DNA of 64,000 nucleotides, taken from a phage. Position numbers and translations under genes: made by a program. Within the stretch, counting starts at the first letter, position 1; each line of letters begins with the position of its first letter. The DNA lies in sequence record PZ445523.1, one strand, 5' to 3'. This document shows positions 22,809 through 33,304 of the stretch, piece by piece. The notes beneath the pieces are model-generated. The model searched no databases. It saw only the letters and a program-made list of their open reading frames with translations, and had not been told where the DNA came from.

Positions 22809-25754
22809 ATGGCTACTTTAAAACAAATACAATTTAAAAGAAGCAAAACCGCAGGTCAACGTCCTGCTGCTTCAGTATTAGCCGAAGGTGAATTGGCTAT
22901 AAACTTAAAAGATAAAACAATTTTCACAAAAGATGACTCAGGTAGTGTTATAGAATTAGGTTTAAAATATGGAGGAACAATTGATGGTTCTTTAACTGTT
23001 AATGGAAGCATAATTGGAAATTTAACAGGTAACGCTGCAACTGCAACGAAATTAAAAACAGCACGAAAAATTAATGGTATATCCTTTGATGGGTCAAAAG
23101 ATATCACGCTAACTCCATCTGACATAAATGTCAATAGCACAACGTTTATAAAAAATAACGGCGAATTACCTGTTGATGCTAATTTAGATGAGTATGGGCC
23201 TGTTGAAGAATATCTTGGAGTTTGGTCGAAAGCAACTTCAACCAACGCTCAACCAGCAAATAAATTTCCAGAAGAAAATGCTGTAGGTGTTCTAGAAGTA
23301 TTTGTGGCCGGTCAATTTGCTGGTACTCAGAGATATACAACTAGATACGGAAATGTTTATATTCGTTCCTTGACTGCTACATGGAACGGAGTAAACGGTC
23401 CGTGGAGTGCGTGGCGAAATATTCAATCTGGTACTCGTCCACTGTCAACAACGATTGATCTTAATGATCTAGGAGGCGCTGAACACCTTGGTTTGTGGCG
23501 AAATAGTTCAAATTCCATTGCTACCTTTGACAGAAATTTCCCAGAAGAAGGATCGTCCGCTCAAGGACTTTTAGAAGTATATGAAGGTGGAAACTATTCT
23601 CGCACACAGAGATATACGACCAGATTTGGTGTTGTTTATACTCGTTGTCTTGCTGCTGCGTGGGATGCTTCTGCGCCTAAATGGGGACCTTGGCAACAAG
23701 TCGGTAATGTCACACCGGCGACTTTCTATGACGGAGATCTGAATGATTTTAAAATTCCTGGGTTATATAATATTTTAGGCACTGATGCCGTTATTAACTG
23801 TCCTACCGGTGAAGGTTTGCCGACTGTTATTGTTGGTTTGCTGGAAGTTAAACAGCGCGCTTCTGGCGGTGCTATTTTCCAAAAATTTACTACTGCCGGA
23901 ACGGGTTCAACTACTCGCGATCGTATTTTTGAGCGTGCATATACTGGTGGTGCGTGGGGTGCATGGAACGAAGTATATACATCTTATTCCCTGCCAATTA
24001 CTTTGGGTATGGGTGGTATTAAAGCTCAATTAGCGGAGTTAGATTGGCAAACATTTGATTTTGTTCCTGGTAGTATGTTTAGCGTTCCTTTGAACAAAAT
24101 AAAGAACATGCCAGCAAATATGAATTGGGGCACGATTGATGGAAACCTGGTTATGTTTTCCGTTGGTCCTAGCGAACACACTGGCACAGGACGTACTGTT
24201 CAGATTTGGCGCGGCACCGTATCCCAGACAAACTACCGTTATTTTGTCGTTCGTGTATTTGGTAATTCAGGAAATAGAACTTGCACAGTTCGCCGTGTTG
24301 TTCTTGAAGACGGATCACATACTTGGACTGCTCAACAAAACTTTAGGGGATTGCTGAATATCACTGCTGCTGTTAATCTTGGTGCTAATCAGAAAATTTC
24401 ACTTGCTCCAGGAGCATATATTCAAGCCCCTGCTAGCGGTTCTGGTTCTAATACTTACGCAAATCAGAATACTACCATTGCACCATTATATCAGGCCATT
24501 GACGATTCAAATAAAAACCAGTTTGCACCAATTGTTAAACAGAAAAACACTGTAAGTAATATCACCTTTGCCACTGGTATGGCTATAGGTACATCCGAAT
24601 ATAAGATCATTGCTCAGGGTGATTTATCCGCTAATGGAACAGCAGATGGGTTAAAACAATGGACTTTCATGCCGTCAGGTTATTTTAAATCTCCAGGGCG
24701 TGTATATGTTGGTGATGCGTTCCTTAATACAGATGGTAATATTGCCGGTTCAATCTGGAAGAAATATAACAATGCGACAAATTTAGATGCTGCCTTGAAT
24801 ACTCGCGTAGGTAAAGGCGGTGATACGATGACAGGTCGGTTAACAATCAATGCACCTAATGATTCTATTGTATTATCAACAACTGCTAGTAATTCTTTGT
24901 ATATTCGCGGTGACATAGACGGGACTGGTAACTGGTATATTGGCAAGGGTGGTGCTGATAATTCGCTAGCATTTTATAGCTATGCTTCTCAGGCGGCAGT
25001 ACATATCACAAACAATGGTGAGATTGCGTTAAACCCGCAAAATACCGCAATGGTTAACGTTAACCGCGACCGTGTACACATTAACGGTTCTGGATGGATT
25101 GCTAGACAACCGGGTGATTGGGGCAACCAATGGCGAGTAGAAGCTCCATTATTCGTTGATCATGGTTATGTTGGTCAAGATAGTTATTATCCTATTCTTA
25201 AAGCAAGAAGCGTTATAACCAATCAAGGATATAGCACCGCTGTTGACTTTGGTATGCGTCGTATTCCATCACAGTGGGGGCAAGCAATCATTCGTGTCGG
25301 ATCCACGGAGGCTTCTCCTGATGCTGGACACCCACAAGCTGTGTTTGAATTCCATCATGATGGATTCTTTTATACACCAGGAAATGGTAGCTTTAGCGAT
25401 GTGTATATTCGTTCTGACTCCCGTCTCAAGATTAATAAAGAAGAATTAGAATATGGAGCAGTCGAAAAAGTTTGCCGACTGAAAGTTTATATTTACGATA
25501 AAGTTAAGTCTATTAAAGACCGTAGTGTTATTAAACGTGAAGTTGGTATTATTGCTCAGGACCTTGAAAAGGAATTACCGGAAGCTGTATCTAAAGTTGA
25601 AGTTGATGGATCTGATGTTCTGACAATTTCTAACTCTGCTGTGAATGCTCTTTTAATTAAGGCTATTCAGGAAATGAGTGAAGAAATTAAAGAATTGAAA
25701 ACGCCTCTCTTTACTAAAATTGCTCGCAAAATTAGTAAATATTTTAAATTCTAA
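22809..25754 (+). CDS. 37: long tail fibre distal subunit gp37 with C-terminal intramolecular chaperone domain
   Basis: 981 aa; conserved N-terminus [13 protein letters not shown]; C-terminal SDSRLK ... coiled segment typical of autocleaving chaperone domains. Confidence 0.92.
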   Translation: MATLKQIQFKRSKTAGQRPAASVLAEGELAINLKDKTIFTKDDSGSVIELGLKYGGTIDGSLTVNGSIIGNLTGNAATATKLKTARKINGISFDGSKDITLTPSDINVNSTTFIKNNGELPVDANLDEYGPVEEYLGVWSKATSTNAQPANKFPEENAVGVLEVFVAGQFAGTQRYTTRYGNVYIRSLTATWNGVNGPWSAWRNIQSGTRPLSTTIDLNDLGGAEHLGLWRNSSNSIATFDRNFPEEGSSAQGLLEVYEGGNYSRTQRYTTRFGVVYTRCLAAAWDASAPKWGPWQQVGNVTPATFYDGDLNDFKIPGLYNILGTDAVINCPTGEGLPTVIVGLLEVKQRASGGAIFQKFTTAGTGSTTRDRIFERAYTGGAWGAWNEVYTSYSLPITLGMGGIKAQLAELDWQTFDFVPGSMFSVPLNKIKNMPANMNWGTIDGNLVMFSVGPSEHTGTGRTVQIWRGTVSQTNYRYFVVRVFGNSGNRTCTVRRVVLEDGSHTWTAQQNFRGLLNITAAVNLGANQKISLAPGAYIQAPASGSGSNTYANQNTTIAPLYQAIDDSNKNQFAPIVKQKNTVSNITFATGMAIGTSEYKIIAQGDLSANGTADGLKQWTFMPSGYFKSPGRVYVGDAFLNTDGNIAGSIWKKYNNATNLDAALNTRVGKGGDTMTGRLTINAPNDSIVLSTTASNSLYIRGDIDGTGNWYIGKGGADNSLAFYSYASQAAVHITNNGEIALNPQNTAMVNVNRDRVHINGSGWIARQPGDWGNQWRVEAPLFVDHGYVGQDSYYPILKARSVITNQGYSTAVDFGMRRIPSQWGQAIIRVGSTEASPDAGHPQAVFEFHHDGFFYTPGNGSFSDVYIRSDSRLKINKEELEYGAVEKVCRLKVYIYDKVKSIKDRSVIKREVGIIAQDLEKELPEAVSKVEVDGSDVLTISNSAVNALLIKAIQEMSEEIKELKTPLFTKIARKISKYFKF

Positions 25755-25760
25755 CAACAA

Positions 25761-25780
25761 GGGGGAAATGCCCCCTTTGG
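25761..25780 (+). terminator. hairpin after gene 37 (weak terminator / RNA stability element)
   Basis: GGGGG-AAATG-CCCCC followed by TTTGG; SD for gene 38 follows. Confidence 0.4.
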
Positions 25781-25790
25781 AGTATAAATT

Positions 25791-26573
25791 ATGGCAGTAG
25801 TTGGAGTTCCTGGCTGGATTGGAAGTTCAGCCGTAAATGAAACGGGTCAGCGCTGGATGAGTCAAGCGGCTGGTCAATTAAGATTGGGTGTTCCTTGCTG
25901 GATGAGTCAATTTGCAGGTCGCTCACGAGAAATTATTCACACGCTTGGAGCAGACCATAACTTCAATGGTCAATGGTTCCGAGATAGATGTTTTGAGGCA
26001 GGTAGTGCACCTATAGTGTTTAATATTACAGGTGATTTAGTATCATATTCTAAAGATGTTCCTTTATTCTTCATGTACGGAGATACACCAAATGAATATG
26101 TTCAGTTAAATATACATGGCGTAACGATGTATGGTCGTGGAGGTAATGGTGGTAGCAATAGTCCTGGCTCAGCTGGGGGTCATTGTATTCAAAACGATAT
26201 TGGTGGGAGACTAAGAATTAATAATGGCGGAGCTATTGCAGGCGGCGGTGGCGGCGGTGGCGGCGGATATTATTCTCCTTTTTCACAAATGAGATTGACC
26301 TTTGGCGGTGGTGGCGGTCGTCCTTTTGGTGCGCCAGGCGGATCTATTGATATGCAATCAGGCGCGACTGGTGGTACTATTTCTTCACCTGGCTCAGGAT
26401 CCGTGAATGGTATCTATAATGGTGGAAACGGTGGTGAAGTAGGTTCCGCGGGAGGTAGATGCAATATTCGCGGTCAAGGATCTGAATATGATGGCGGTGC
26501 TGCTGGTTATGCTGTCATAGGGTCCGCTCCAACATGGCAAAATGTTGGAGCAATATATGGTCCAAGAGTATAA
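25791..26573 (+). CDS. 38: receptor-binding adhesin gp38, glycine-rich T2/T6 type
   Basis: 260 aa with several poly-Gly motifs ([27 protein letters not shown]) separated by variable segments. Confidence 0.85.
   Translation: MAVVGVPGWIGSSAVNETGQRWMSQAAGQLRLGVPCWMSQFAGRSREIIHTLGADHNFNGQWFRDRCFEAGSAPIVFNITGDLVSYSKDVPLFFMYGDTPNEYVQLNIHGVTMYGRGGNGGSNSPGSAGGHCIQNDIGGRLRINNGGAIAGGGGGGGGGYYSPFSQMRLTFGGGGGRPFGAPGGSIDMQSGATGGTISSPGSGSVNGIYNGGNGGEVGSAGGRCNIRGQGSEYDGGAAGYAVIGSAPTWQNVGAIYGPRV
26241..26268 (+). repeat. GGC/GGT codon repeat encoding poly-Gly within gene 38
   Basis: ggcggcggtggcggcggtggcggcgga. Confidence 0.8.
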
Positions 26574-26603
26574 TGTGAATAAATACCCTTAAAAGGAGGG
26601 TCT

Positions 26604-27260
26604 ATGGCAGCACCTAGAATATCATTTTCGCCCTCTGATATTCTATTTGGTGTTCTAGATCGCTTGTTCAAAGATAATGCTACCGGGAAAGTTCTTGCTT
26701 CCCGGGTAGCTGTCGTAATTCTTTTGTTTATAATGGCGATTGTATGGTATAGGGGAGATAGTTTCTTTGAGTACTATAAGCAATCAAAGTATGAAACATA
26801 CAGTGAAATTATTGAAAAGGAAAGAAATGCACGCTTTGAATCTGTCGCCCTGGAACAACTCCAGATAGTTCATATATCATCTGAGGCAGACTTTAGTGCG
26901 GTGTATTCTTTCCGCCCTAAAAACTTAAACTATTTTGTTGATATTATAGCATACGAAGGAAAATTACCTTCAACAATAAGTGAAAAATCACTTGGAGGAT
27001 ATCCTGTCGATAAAACTATGGATGAATATACAGTTCATTTAAATGGACGTCATTATTATTCCAGCTCAAAATTTGCTTTTTTACCAACTAAAAAGCCTAC
27101 TCCCGAAATAAACTACATGTACAGTTGTCCATATTTTAATTTGGATAATATCTATGCTGGAACGATAACCATGTACTGGTATAGAAATGATCATATAAGT
27201 AATGACCGCCTTGAATCAATATGTGCTCAGGCGGCCAGAATATTAGGAAGGGCTAAATAA
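26604..27260 (+). CDS. t: holin
   Basis: 218 aa, same as T4 T; single N-terminal TM helix and large periplasmic domain. Confidence 0.9.
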   Translation: MAAPRISFSPSDILFGVLDRLFKDNATGKVLASRVAVVILLFIMAIVWYRGDSFFEYYKQSKYETYSEIIEKERNARFESVALEQLQIVHISSEADFSAVYSFRPKNLNYFVDIIAYEGKLPSTISEKSLGGYPVDKTMDEYTVHLNGRHYYSSSKFAFLPTKKPTPEINYMYSCPYFNLDNIYAGTITMYWYRNDHISNDRLESICAQAARILGRAK

Positions 27261-27533
27261 TTATTTGTTCGTATACATCTCTAGATATCGATATACACCC
27301 TCAAAACCCTCGTTGAATTCGTCGATGAGGGTTTTCTTATCTTCTTGAGTTAATTCAGAAACAATTTTACGGAATGAATTCTGATTTAACTTTCTACCTT
27401 CATGCGTTACTCCAATCTCATTCAGAAATGCAATAAAATTAGCACGATTTTCAACAATATCTTCTCTGGAAAATTTAATCAAAATAGATGCAACAGTAAT
27501 AATTTCACGAACTGTATCAATGTTTTTATTCAT
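27261..27533 (-). CDS. asiA: anti-sigma70 factor AsiA
   Basis: 90 aa; sequence MNKNIDTVREIITVASILIKFSRED matches T4 AsiA. Confidence 0.93.
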   Translation of the reverse strand: MNKNIDTVREIITVASILIKFSREDIVENRANFIAFLNEIGVTHEGRKLNQNSFRKIVSELTQEDKKTLIDEFNEGFEGVYRYLEMYTNK

Positions 27534-27694
27534 TAACTATACCACTCAATTAGTTGACTTTGTTATAATATCATCAGACGCTTGATTTGTAAACTGGTCT
27601 GTGTTATTTTCTTCAAAAATTTTTTCTACGAATTCCTTGAACGACTCACGTTCCTGGGCTACATTATGCTCGATTACCTTTTCAAGATTATGAC

Positions 27695-27973
27695 TCATTC
27701 GAAATAATCTTCAATTTCGTAATCATGGACATAAATCATTATAGTTTTTAATACATCATCGATACTTTTTCCTGGAGCTGGAATTACGTAGAAATATCCT
27801 GCTTTTGAGAGGTCTTTATAAGTTCCAATCAAGAAATCATTATTCTCAAGATGTAGTTCTTCAACTAATTCATTGACAATTGAGTGGTATAAATTTGGTA
27901 GAAACTTATATAGCTTTTCTAGAATATCAATTTTGATTGTGTATTGAACCACAGACTGAGAATCAATAATCAT
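27695..27973 (-). CDS. arn: Arn-like anti-restriction (McrBC inhibitor) protein
   Basis: 92 aa acidic protein at the T4 arn position. Confidence 0.6.
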   Translation of the reverse strand: MIIDSQSVVQYTIKIDILEKLYKFLPNLYHSIVNELVEELHLENNDFLIGTYKDLSKAGYFYVIPAPGKSIDDVLKTIMIYVHDYEIEDYFE

Positions 27974-28056
27974 AGACCTTCCCCTTATGTTTCTGTTTGC
28001 GATTAGATTCTTTAAACGCTTTCTTCTTATCCTTATGAACAGAAGCTTTATTAAAA

Positions 28057-28275
28057 TTATGTTTTGCGACTAAATTGTTCATAGTGCTGAATTACCTCTC
28101 TTAAACATTTGCATGTGAATGAAAACTTTTTAGCTACACCACATTCAAATATATGTTCTCTTAAATCGCGCGTATCGGTATATCCCATCTCAACAATAAA
28201 ATGCCGTATTAGATTTTTATCTTTATCATTGAGAGAATTAAAATAATCGGATTTTGAATTAATTTCCCTGGCCAA
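28057..28275 (-). CDS. hypothetical protein
   Basis: 72 aa ORF with several Cys. Confidence 0.4.
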   Translation of the reverse strand: MAREINSKSDYFNSLNDKDKNLIRHFIVEMGYTDTRDLREHIFECGVAKKFSFTCKCLREVIQHYEQFSRKT

Positions 28276-28555
28276 ATTGAATCACCTTCAGTTGACGTTT
28301 TAGTTCTTTTATCATCTCTTCGTTCATCGCAATATAAAGATCGCGTAAAGCAGGTTTTAACATTCCATTTACTGGAGAACTAAATGGACATACATAATCT
28401 TTTCCTACAAGCTTTTTGGTGAATTCCATATCACAGAACTTAAATCCCGGCTCATTGGTATAAATTCCCCAATTAGTTGACATCATTTTATTAGCATATT
28501 CCAGTGCCTGGATTTGATTCATAATTCCATCAATTTGAAACTTTTTAATATTCAT
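28259..28555 (-). CDS. hypothetical protein
   Basis: 98 aa ORF. Confidence 0.45.
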   Translation of the reverse strand: MNIKKFQIDGIMNQIQALEYANKMMSTNWGIYTNEPGFKFCDMEFTKKLVGKDYVCPFSSPVNGMLKPALRDLYIAMNEEMIKELKRQLKVIQFGQGN

Positions 28556-29016
28556 TAGTAAAGGTCCTCAGAGTACAGTTCTTTTTCACTACCACCACGT
28601 TCAATACGTACTTGTCCAGCGTAAGTTGCAATAATCATTGCTTCTTCACGTGTCCAATAATTACTATATTGGTCAATAAACCCTTGGTCATCATCACAAA
28701 CTTGTTGAGTAACTAATTGAGGTTTAACTACATCTAAAACTTCTGCCATATCTTTAGAATAATGACGAGCACCTGGAATAATAAGAATTCGTCCATCTTT
28801 TAATTTAAAACGATTAGCTGCGCAGACAATTCGTCGTTGATACTTTTGGTTTTCATCCCAGTACGCAGTCTGCCAACAGATTTCAGGAACTTCTTTCAGA
28901 ATATCTTCTTCTGTGCATTTATAACCATGCGCTTTAAATTTTTGAACAAGACTCTCCGGAGTCTCACGAGATAAAGGAACATTTAGCATTTTTAAACGAT
29001 TAATAAATGGGTTCAT
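28555..29016 (-). CDS. hypothetical protein
   Basis: 153 aa ORF. Confidence 0.45.
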   Translation of the reverse strand: MNPFINRLKMLNVPLSRETPESLVQKFKAHGYKCTEEDILKEVPEICWQTAYWDENQKYQRRIVCAANRFKLKDGRILIIPGARHYSKDMAEVLDVVKPQLVTQQVCDDDQGFIDQYSNYWTREEAMIIATYAGQVRIERGGSEKELYSEDLY

Positions 29017-29342
29017 TTAAACCATCCTTTAATACGTTGCCACAAAGTTTTCTGCTGAGCTTTGTTAACACCAATTGAACGAATAACTGGTTGAGATTCC
29101 TGAAATTCTTTATAATCAGCAAGGTAAATTTCGTAAGCTGCATCTGTAAATGAACTTATCGCTGCCATAAAATTATTACGAATACCTATTGGAGCATCTT
29201 TACTTTCACGAATAATCATATATTTACCAGTCTTAATCTTTACAATAGTTCCAAGATAAGCTCCATGGTACCAAATATCCCAACCCTCTTGAGTAGGTTC
29301 TGCACAACGACGAAGTTCATTGACAATTTCTAACTTGTTCAT
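29013..29342 (-). CDS. hypothetical protein
   Basis: 109 aa ORF directly upstream of motA. Confidence 0.45.
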   Translation of the reverse strand: MNKLEIVNELRRCAEPTQEGWDIWYHGAYLGTIVKIKTGKYMIIRESKDAPIGIRNNFMAAISSFTDAAYEIYLADYKEFQESQPVIRSIGVNKAQQKTLWQRIKGWFK

Positions 29343-29352
29343 TATTTATTCC

Positions 29353-29988
29353 TCACAGTTCAGATGCTACAGTGATTACAGCTTCAATGTTTTCTGCCGA
29401 GCGTTTAATGTCAAGATACACATTACCGTTTTTAGCGATTTTACATGACATTCCGATGTCAGTAAATTTCTGAATATGATGTTCCATCATTTTGTATCCA
29501 AAAATTCGCATATTTCCATTGTTGTTAATTTCAAAATTACGAATTCCGTGAGTACGTTTTTCTAAAATAGCGAGATAGTTACTACGATAAGTTTCAACCT
29601 TTTTAAGAACAAATCCATTTTCATCTAAAAGTTTTAACATGAAGTCTTTATCTTCTTCCATATCGGAAGTAATTTCGCGAGCTTTACGAGTTGCTCGTTT
29701 TTTCAGCAGTTCCGGAGCATTTTCTTGTGCGTATAAAGTTGCTGCATTTGAAATAATATCCTGAGCTTCGCCTGTAATGATTAATCCATCACCAGATTTC
29801 TCTACCAGGCCTTTTTTAATCAATACCCCAATATTACTATTAACTACTGCGTTACCTAAATCTGGATGCACCTCACGAACTTCTGCAGCTGTAATGAAAT
29901 CTTTCTTAGCAATAGTAATTAAAATCGCAGCAGTTTTTTCATTCAGAACATCGTTAGAAGCTTTGATGATGTAAGTTACTTTAGACAT
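29353..29988 (-). CDS. motA: middle-transcription activator MotA
   Basis: 211 aa; sequence MSKVTYIIKASNDVLNEKTAAILITIAKKDF matches T4 MotA. Confidence 0.93.
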   Translation of the reverse strand: MSKVTYIIKASNDVLNEKTAAILITIAKKDFITAAEVREVHPDLGNAVVNSNIGVLIKKGLVEKSGDGLIITGEAQDIISNAATLYAQENAPELLKKRATRKAREITSDMEEDKDFMLKLLDENGFVLKKVETYRSNYLAILEKRTHGIRNFEINNNGNMRIFGYKMMEHHIQKFTDIGMSCKIAKNGNVYLDIKRSAENIEAVITVASEL

Positions 29989-30023
29989 TTTCTAATCTCC
30001 GTAATTCTGTATCAGTAGTTGAT

Positions 30024-30059
30024 AGTTGTATAGTACCACAGTATGCTTTGGTTGTAAAC
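30024..30059 (-). promoter_or_regulatory. phage early promoter (repeat family copy) upstream of motA
   Basis: Minus strand GTTTAC (30059-30054), 18 nt, TACTAT (30035-30030). Confidence 0.6.
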
Positions 30060-30077
30060 CATTTTGTGAAAAAAATT

Positions 30078-30107
30078 AAAATAAAAAGGGAGAGCCGAGG
30101 CTCTCCC
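30078..30107 (-). terminator. rho-independent terminator between motA.1 and motA promoter
   Basis: GGGAGAGCC/GGCTCTCCC hairpin followed on minus strand by TTTTTAT. Confidence 0.65.
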
Positions 30108-30113
30108 TAAAAT

Positions 30114-30262
30114 TACTGCATGACTGTGATAACTATCATGATAACACGTTGAATTCCGAACGCAAGAAGACCTCCTGCTACGGCTGGAACAACACCTAAC
30201 CCCGCAAGTAAAATGCTACCAGATACTAATGCAGCGCTTGTAATACCAATGAATGGACTCAT
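30114..30262 (-). CDS. small hydrophobic membrane peptide (motA.1 position)
   Basis: 48 aa ORF MSPFIGITSAALVSGSILLAGLGVVPAVAGG...; ATG overlaps gene 52 stop (ATGA); terminator hairpin downstream. Confidence 0.4.
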
Positions 30263-31587
30263 TTGATTTCCTCTAAATCTTTGGTGTATTCTGTAACTAC
30301 ATCAGTAGTTTTCCAATATTCGTTTTCTTCTTTTTTAGCTTTAGCTTCTTCAGCAAGTTTCTTCGCTTCATCGGAAGTCATATGAAAAATATTCATTCCA
30401 ACTAGTTTATCAACATAAGAAGAATACATATCAATTTTAGAAAGTTCTTCGGTCAGTTCTTTACGAGTTTTACCCTGTACAACAATTTCACCTGAAATTA
30501 CTTTCTTAATGAAATGTGCCTTGGCAAAGGCTAAACGAAAAGCTGACTCAGTTTCTTTAATTTTGTTATCAATTCGTTTTTGGACATAAGTTTTACGAAC
30601 TTCAACGAAGTCTTTAATTAAATCAACTACGTTATCGTAAACTTGTAGCTTTCCTTTCTCATTAATGACGGTAATATTCTGAGAACGACGCTCAATCAGT
30701 CCGAAGTCTTTCATAATTTTTGCATGGCGTTCTTCTTCGTTATCGCTCAAAGAATATTCTTTACGGAATTTAACTTTGAATCCAAAACCATGCTCACCAC
30801 AAGCATCATCCCATGTAATGAAGCCTTTATCTTCAAGTGGATCTAAGATTTTACTCACATAAGTTTCACGATCATACTTATACGGAATCTCAGTGATATG
30901 CATTTGAGTTCGTGAAGTAAACTTATATGTTCCACGAATTTCATATTGACCGTCAATCTCAACGACTTCACCACGAAATTCTGGGAATTCTACCTTTGGT
31001 TTAGTTACTTTCTTTCCTTGAAGAGCTTGTAATACAGCTTTCTTAACAGAAGAAACACTATGAGGAAGAATGTAAGTTGCATAACCAGTTGCAATACCGG
31101 AAACACCATTAAGAAGAACGGTAGGAATAATAGGCAAATAGAAAGCAGGCGGAATGTGTTCTTTATCTTGATGTACCGGAGCATACTCAGTATCTTTATA
31201 TACGTTATAGAAATTTTTACTTACACGAGCAAAAATATAACGACTTGCCGCTGCTTTTTGAACGGTACGAGAACCAAAGTTTCCTTGACCATCTAACAAA
31301 GGAAAGTTATTATTCCAAGTATTAGCCATCAAAGCTCCCGCATCTTGTGCAGAGTTTTCGCCATGATGATATCCAAGGTCCGCTACACCACCTGCGATAG
31401 AAGCGAGTTTGTGAAACTTATCTTTATTCCCTCGTGCCAAATCAAGAGCTCGAGCAATAACAAATCGTTGAACTGGCTTAAATCCATCAATCATATTTGG
31501 GATAGCACGATTTTCAACCGTGTACATAGCATAAGCCAATGCTTCATTATCAATGATACTTTTTAAATCGCGATTATTCAGTTGCAT
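30259..31587 (-). CDS. 52: DNA topoisomerase II medium subunit gp52
   Basis: 442 aa, same as T4 gp52; GyrA-like cleavage/religation subunit. Confidence 0.93.
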   Translation of the reverse strand: MQLNNRDLKSIIDNEALAYAMYTVENRAIPNMIDGFKPVQRFVIARALDLARGNKDKFHKLASIAGGVADLGYHHGENSAQDAGALMANTWNNNFPLLDGQGNFGSRTVQKAAASRYIFARVSKNFYNVYKDTEYAPVHQDKEHIPPAFYLPIIPTVLLNGVSGIATGYATYILPHSVSSVKKAVLQALQGKKVTKPKVEFPEFRGEVVEIDGQYEIRGTYKFTSRTQMHITEIPYKYDRETYVSKILDPLEDKGFITWDDACGEHGFGFKVKFRKEYSLSDNEEERHAKIMKDFGLIERRSQNITVINEKGKLQVYDNVVDLIKDFVEVRKTYVQKRIDNKIKETESAFRLAFAKAHFIKKVISGEIVVQGKTRKELTEELSKIDMYSSYVDKLVGMNIFHMTSDEAKKLAEEAKAKKEENEYWKTTDVVTEYTKDLEEIK

Positions 31588-31591
31588 AAAT

Positions 31592-31732
31592 TTACCATAC
31601 TAGTGAATGTAGTGCCATAATAACATCAGAAATGAAAAGCACGACTTGAATTAATCCTAACATTACTCCATAATATAATGCTACCAATAAAGTAGCAAGG
31701 GCTAATGAATAGCCCAAGATTTTCTTAATCAT
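31592..31732 (-). CDS. small hydrophobic membrane peptide (T4 ac position)
   Basis: 46 aa ORF MIKKILGYSLALATLLVALYYGVMLGLIQVVLFISD... translated by hand from the minus strand. Confidence 0.35.
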   Translation of the reverse strand: MIKKILGYSLALATLLVALYYGVMLGLIQVVLFISDVIMALHSLVW

Positions 31733-31883
31733 TAGTAGATAACAACACAAATGTTAAATATGCACACATACCCTGGGCTAAAGCTTGTGAAAACACACTG
31801 CTAGCATCGATACAGATAGTTAAAACACATGCTACTATCCAACAAATAAATGAAATAACTCCTAATAATTTTGCAATATTCAT
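31725..31883 (-). CDS. small hydrophobic membrane peptide
   Basis: 52 aa ORF MNIAKLLGVISFICWIVACVLTICIDASS...; overlaps neighbour by 8 nt. Confidence 0.35.
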   Translation of the reverse strand: MNIAKLLGVISFICWIVACVLTICIDASSVFSQALAQGMCAYLTFVLLSTND

Positions 31884-31890
31884 ATTTTCC

Positions 31891-31971
31891 TCACTGGCGT
31901 CCGAAGACGCCTTTAGTTTTAAGATTGTTACGATAGAACTGCATCACATGTTCGTTATGGAAATTACTCAT
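31891..31971 (-). CDS. stp: Stp peptide (restriction-enzyme inhibitor / PrrC activator)
   Basis: 26-codon [29 protein letters not shown], matching the T4 Stp peptide as I recall it; ATG overlaps ndd stop. Confidence 0.75.
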
Positions 31972-32429
31972 TAATATGCCTGCAAAACAAATTTAAAGTT
32001 ATCAGCCAACATACGGTTCATTTCTTCAAGTGTTTGATACTCAGAATGATGATTACGAGTAAATGCCAAAGCTAACTGACCTTTACCAAATCCTGTCGTC
32101 AGAGGTTTCATCTTAGAAGCAGGAAGATAAAATACTGTGTATGGAACATTGTTATTTGCAATAGTACGTGCAAGCTGAGACCGACGTTGACGAATATGAC
32201 TTAGAACTGCACTGAATCCTTGCTTAGAACGCTGATTACCTACATAAAATCGTGCAGACACGCACGGATTACTAAATGGACGACCATCTAATTTACTCAC
32301 TAAAAAGTAAAATCCAGGTTTAGATAAAATATCTTTATGCGGAGTTCCCAAAAACCACTCACCACCCTTGATTGTACCAATAATAGTTGCGCCTGCATTG
32401 TTCAGATCAGTAACAGTCATATATTTCAT
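31971..32429 (-). CDS. ndd: nucleoid disruption protein
   Basis: 152 aa (T4 Ndd 151) at the syntenic position. Confidence 0.8.
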
Positions 32430-32490
32430 ATTAATTTCCTCTAAAATTATTTTCTACTCCAAGGCCGCATGAATACACACGGCCATTAAA

Positions 32491-32706
32491 TTAATCGTCG
32501 CAGTCGACGCTCAATTCCCAAAACTCTTCTACGGTATAAGTTTCAGTATCATTTTCAATACAGAAACGTTCATTACTATTATTTTCTAAAGTAGCGTTAA
32601 CTGTCATTTTCTCGCTGGTGCTCTTAAGAGGTGAAATACGAATTAACTGATCACCGTTATCTAAACAAAAAATTTCACCAACTTTTACATCTTTAAAAAT
32701 TTTCAT
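32491..32706 (-). CDS. hypothetical protein (ndd.1 position)
   Basis: 71 aa acidic ORF. Confidence 0.45.
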   Translation of the reverse strand: MKIFKDVKVGEIFCLDNGDQLIRISPLKSTSEKMTVNATLENNSNERFCIENDTETYTVEEFWELSVDCDD

Positions 32707-32714
32707 AATTCACC

Positions 32715-32822
32715 TCAAGGAGTATAAAATCCAAATGCAGTTGTTGACCATCCCATCCAATATGGGAAATTTGCACCAATGTAAAACATAAGAATATAAA
32801 ACCAACCGCTCAGCAAATTCAT
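32715..32822 (-). CDS. small hydrophobic peptide
   Basis: 35 aa Trp/Phe-rich ORF MNLLSGWFYILMFYIGANFPYWMGW... Confidence 0.3.
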   Translation of the reverse strand: MNLLSGWFYILMFYIGANFPYWMGWSTTAFGFYTP

Positions 32823-33040
32823 CATTTTACACCATTCCAAATTGTTTCAACCACGGATTTTAAACCATTTTGATGAATATCAATTCCGACTACTGTCATC
32901 AAATAGATTCCAACTACAACTGAACCTAAGGCAAAAATCAGCATGAAAATGAATAAAGCCGGAAAAATATTATCGAAAAACCATTCAATAAATGTAAAAG
33001 CATTACGTTTACGCTTCATATTTTCCTCACATAAATCCAA
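32822..33040 (-). CDS. small membrane protein
   Basis: 72 aa ORF with TM helix (FPALFIFMLIFALGSVVVGIYLMTVVGI). Confidence 0.45.
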   Translation of the reverse strand: MDLCEENMKRKRNAFTFIEWFFDNIFPALFIFMLIFALGSVVVGIYLMTVVGIDIHQNGLKSVVETIWNGVK

Positions 33041-33140
33041 AATAAACGTTTAATACATCAATCATTAAAACGATTGGGAATATACTCAAAACTACTAGTA
33101 TTATAACTACATTCCATATAGCTTTAATAATCTTTTTCAT
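33027..33140 (-). CDS. small membrane peptide
   Basis: 37 aa MKKIIKAIWNVVIILVVLSIFPIVLMIDVL...; track ORF extension to 33275 reads through the promoter repeat. Confidence 0.4.
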   Translation of the reverse strand: MKKIIKAIWNVVIILVVLSIFPIVLMIDVLNVYFGFM

Positions 33141-33205
33141 TTTGTGTTCCTCCGTAGTTGATAGTTGTATAATACCACAGAGGAACAGTCTTGTAAACAA
33201 CTTTT

Positions 33206-33304
33206 TTAAAAATATTCGTAATAAATGTGAATACCAACTACTACCGCTGAAACCTGTGCAACCCACCACGCACAAGCAATAAGTACAGAATTCAAAATTT
33301 TCAT
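33206..33304 (-). CDS. small hydrophobic peptide
   Basis: 32 aa ORF MKILNSVLIACAWWVAQVSAVVVGIHIYYEYF. Confidence 0.3.
   Translation of the reverse strand: MKILNSVLIACAWWVAQVSAVVVGIHIYYEYF

Noticed and set aside
25783-25790. TATAAATT immediately before the gene 38 ATG as a late promoter
   Set aside because: It abuts the start codon, leaving no leader or RBS; gene 38 is more likely co-transcribed with 37 using the GGAG at 25778-25781.
26241-26268. Possible CRISPR or VNTR-like repeat (ggcggcggtggcggcggtggcggcgga)
   Set aside because: It is a codon repeat encoding the poly-Gly motif of gp38; there are no spacer-repeat units or cas genes anywhere in the window.
33141-33275. Shared KLFTRLFLCG(T/I)IQLST peptide at the N-termini of track ORFs 33027-33275 and 59879-60370
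   Set aside because: It is the translation of the conserved early-promoter DNA repeat read in frame, not a protein motif; the real starts are downstream Met codons with RBS.
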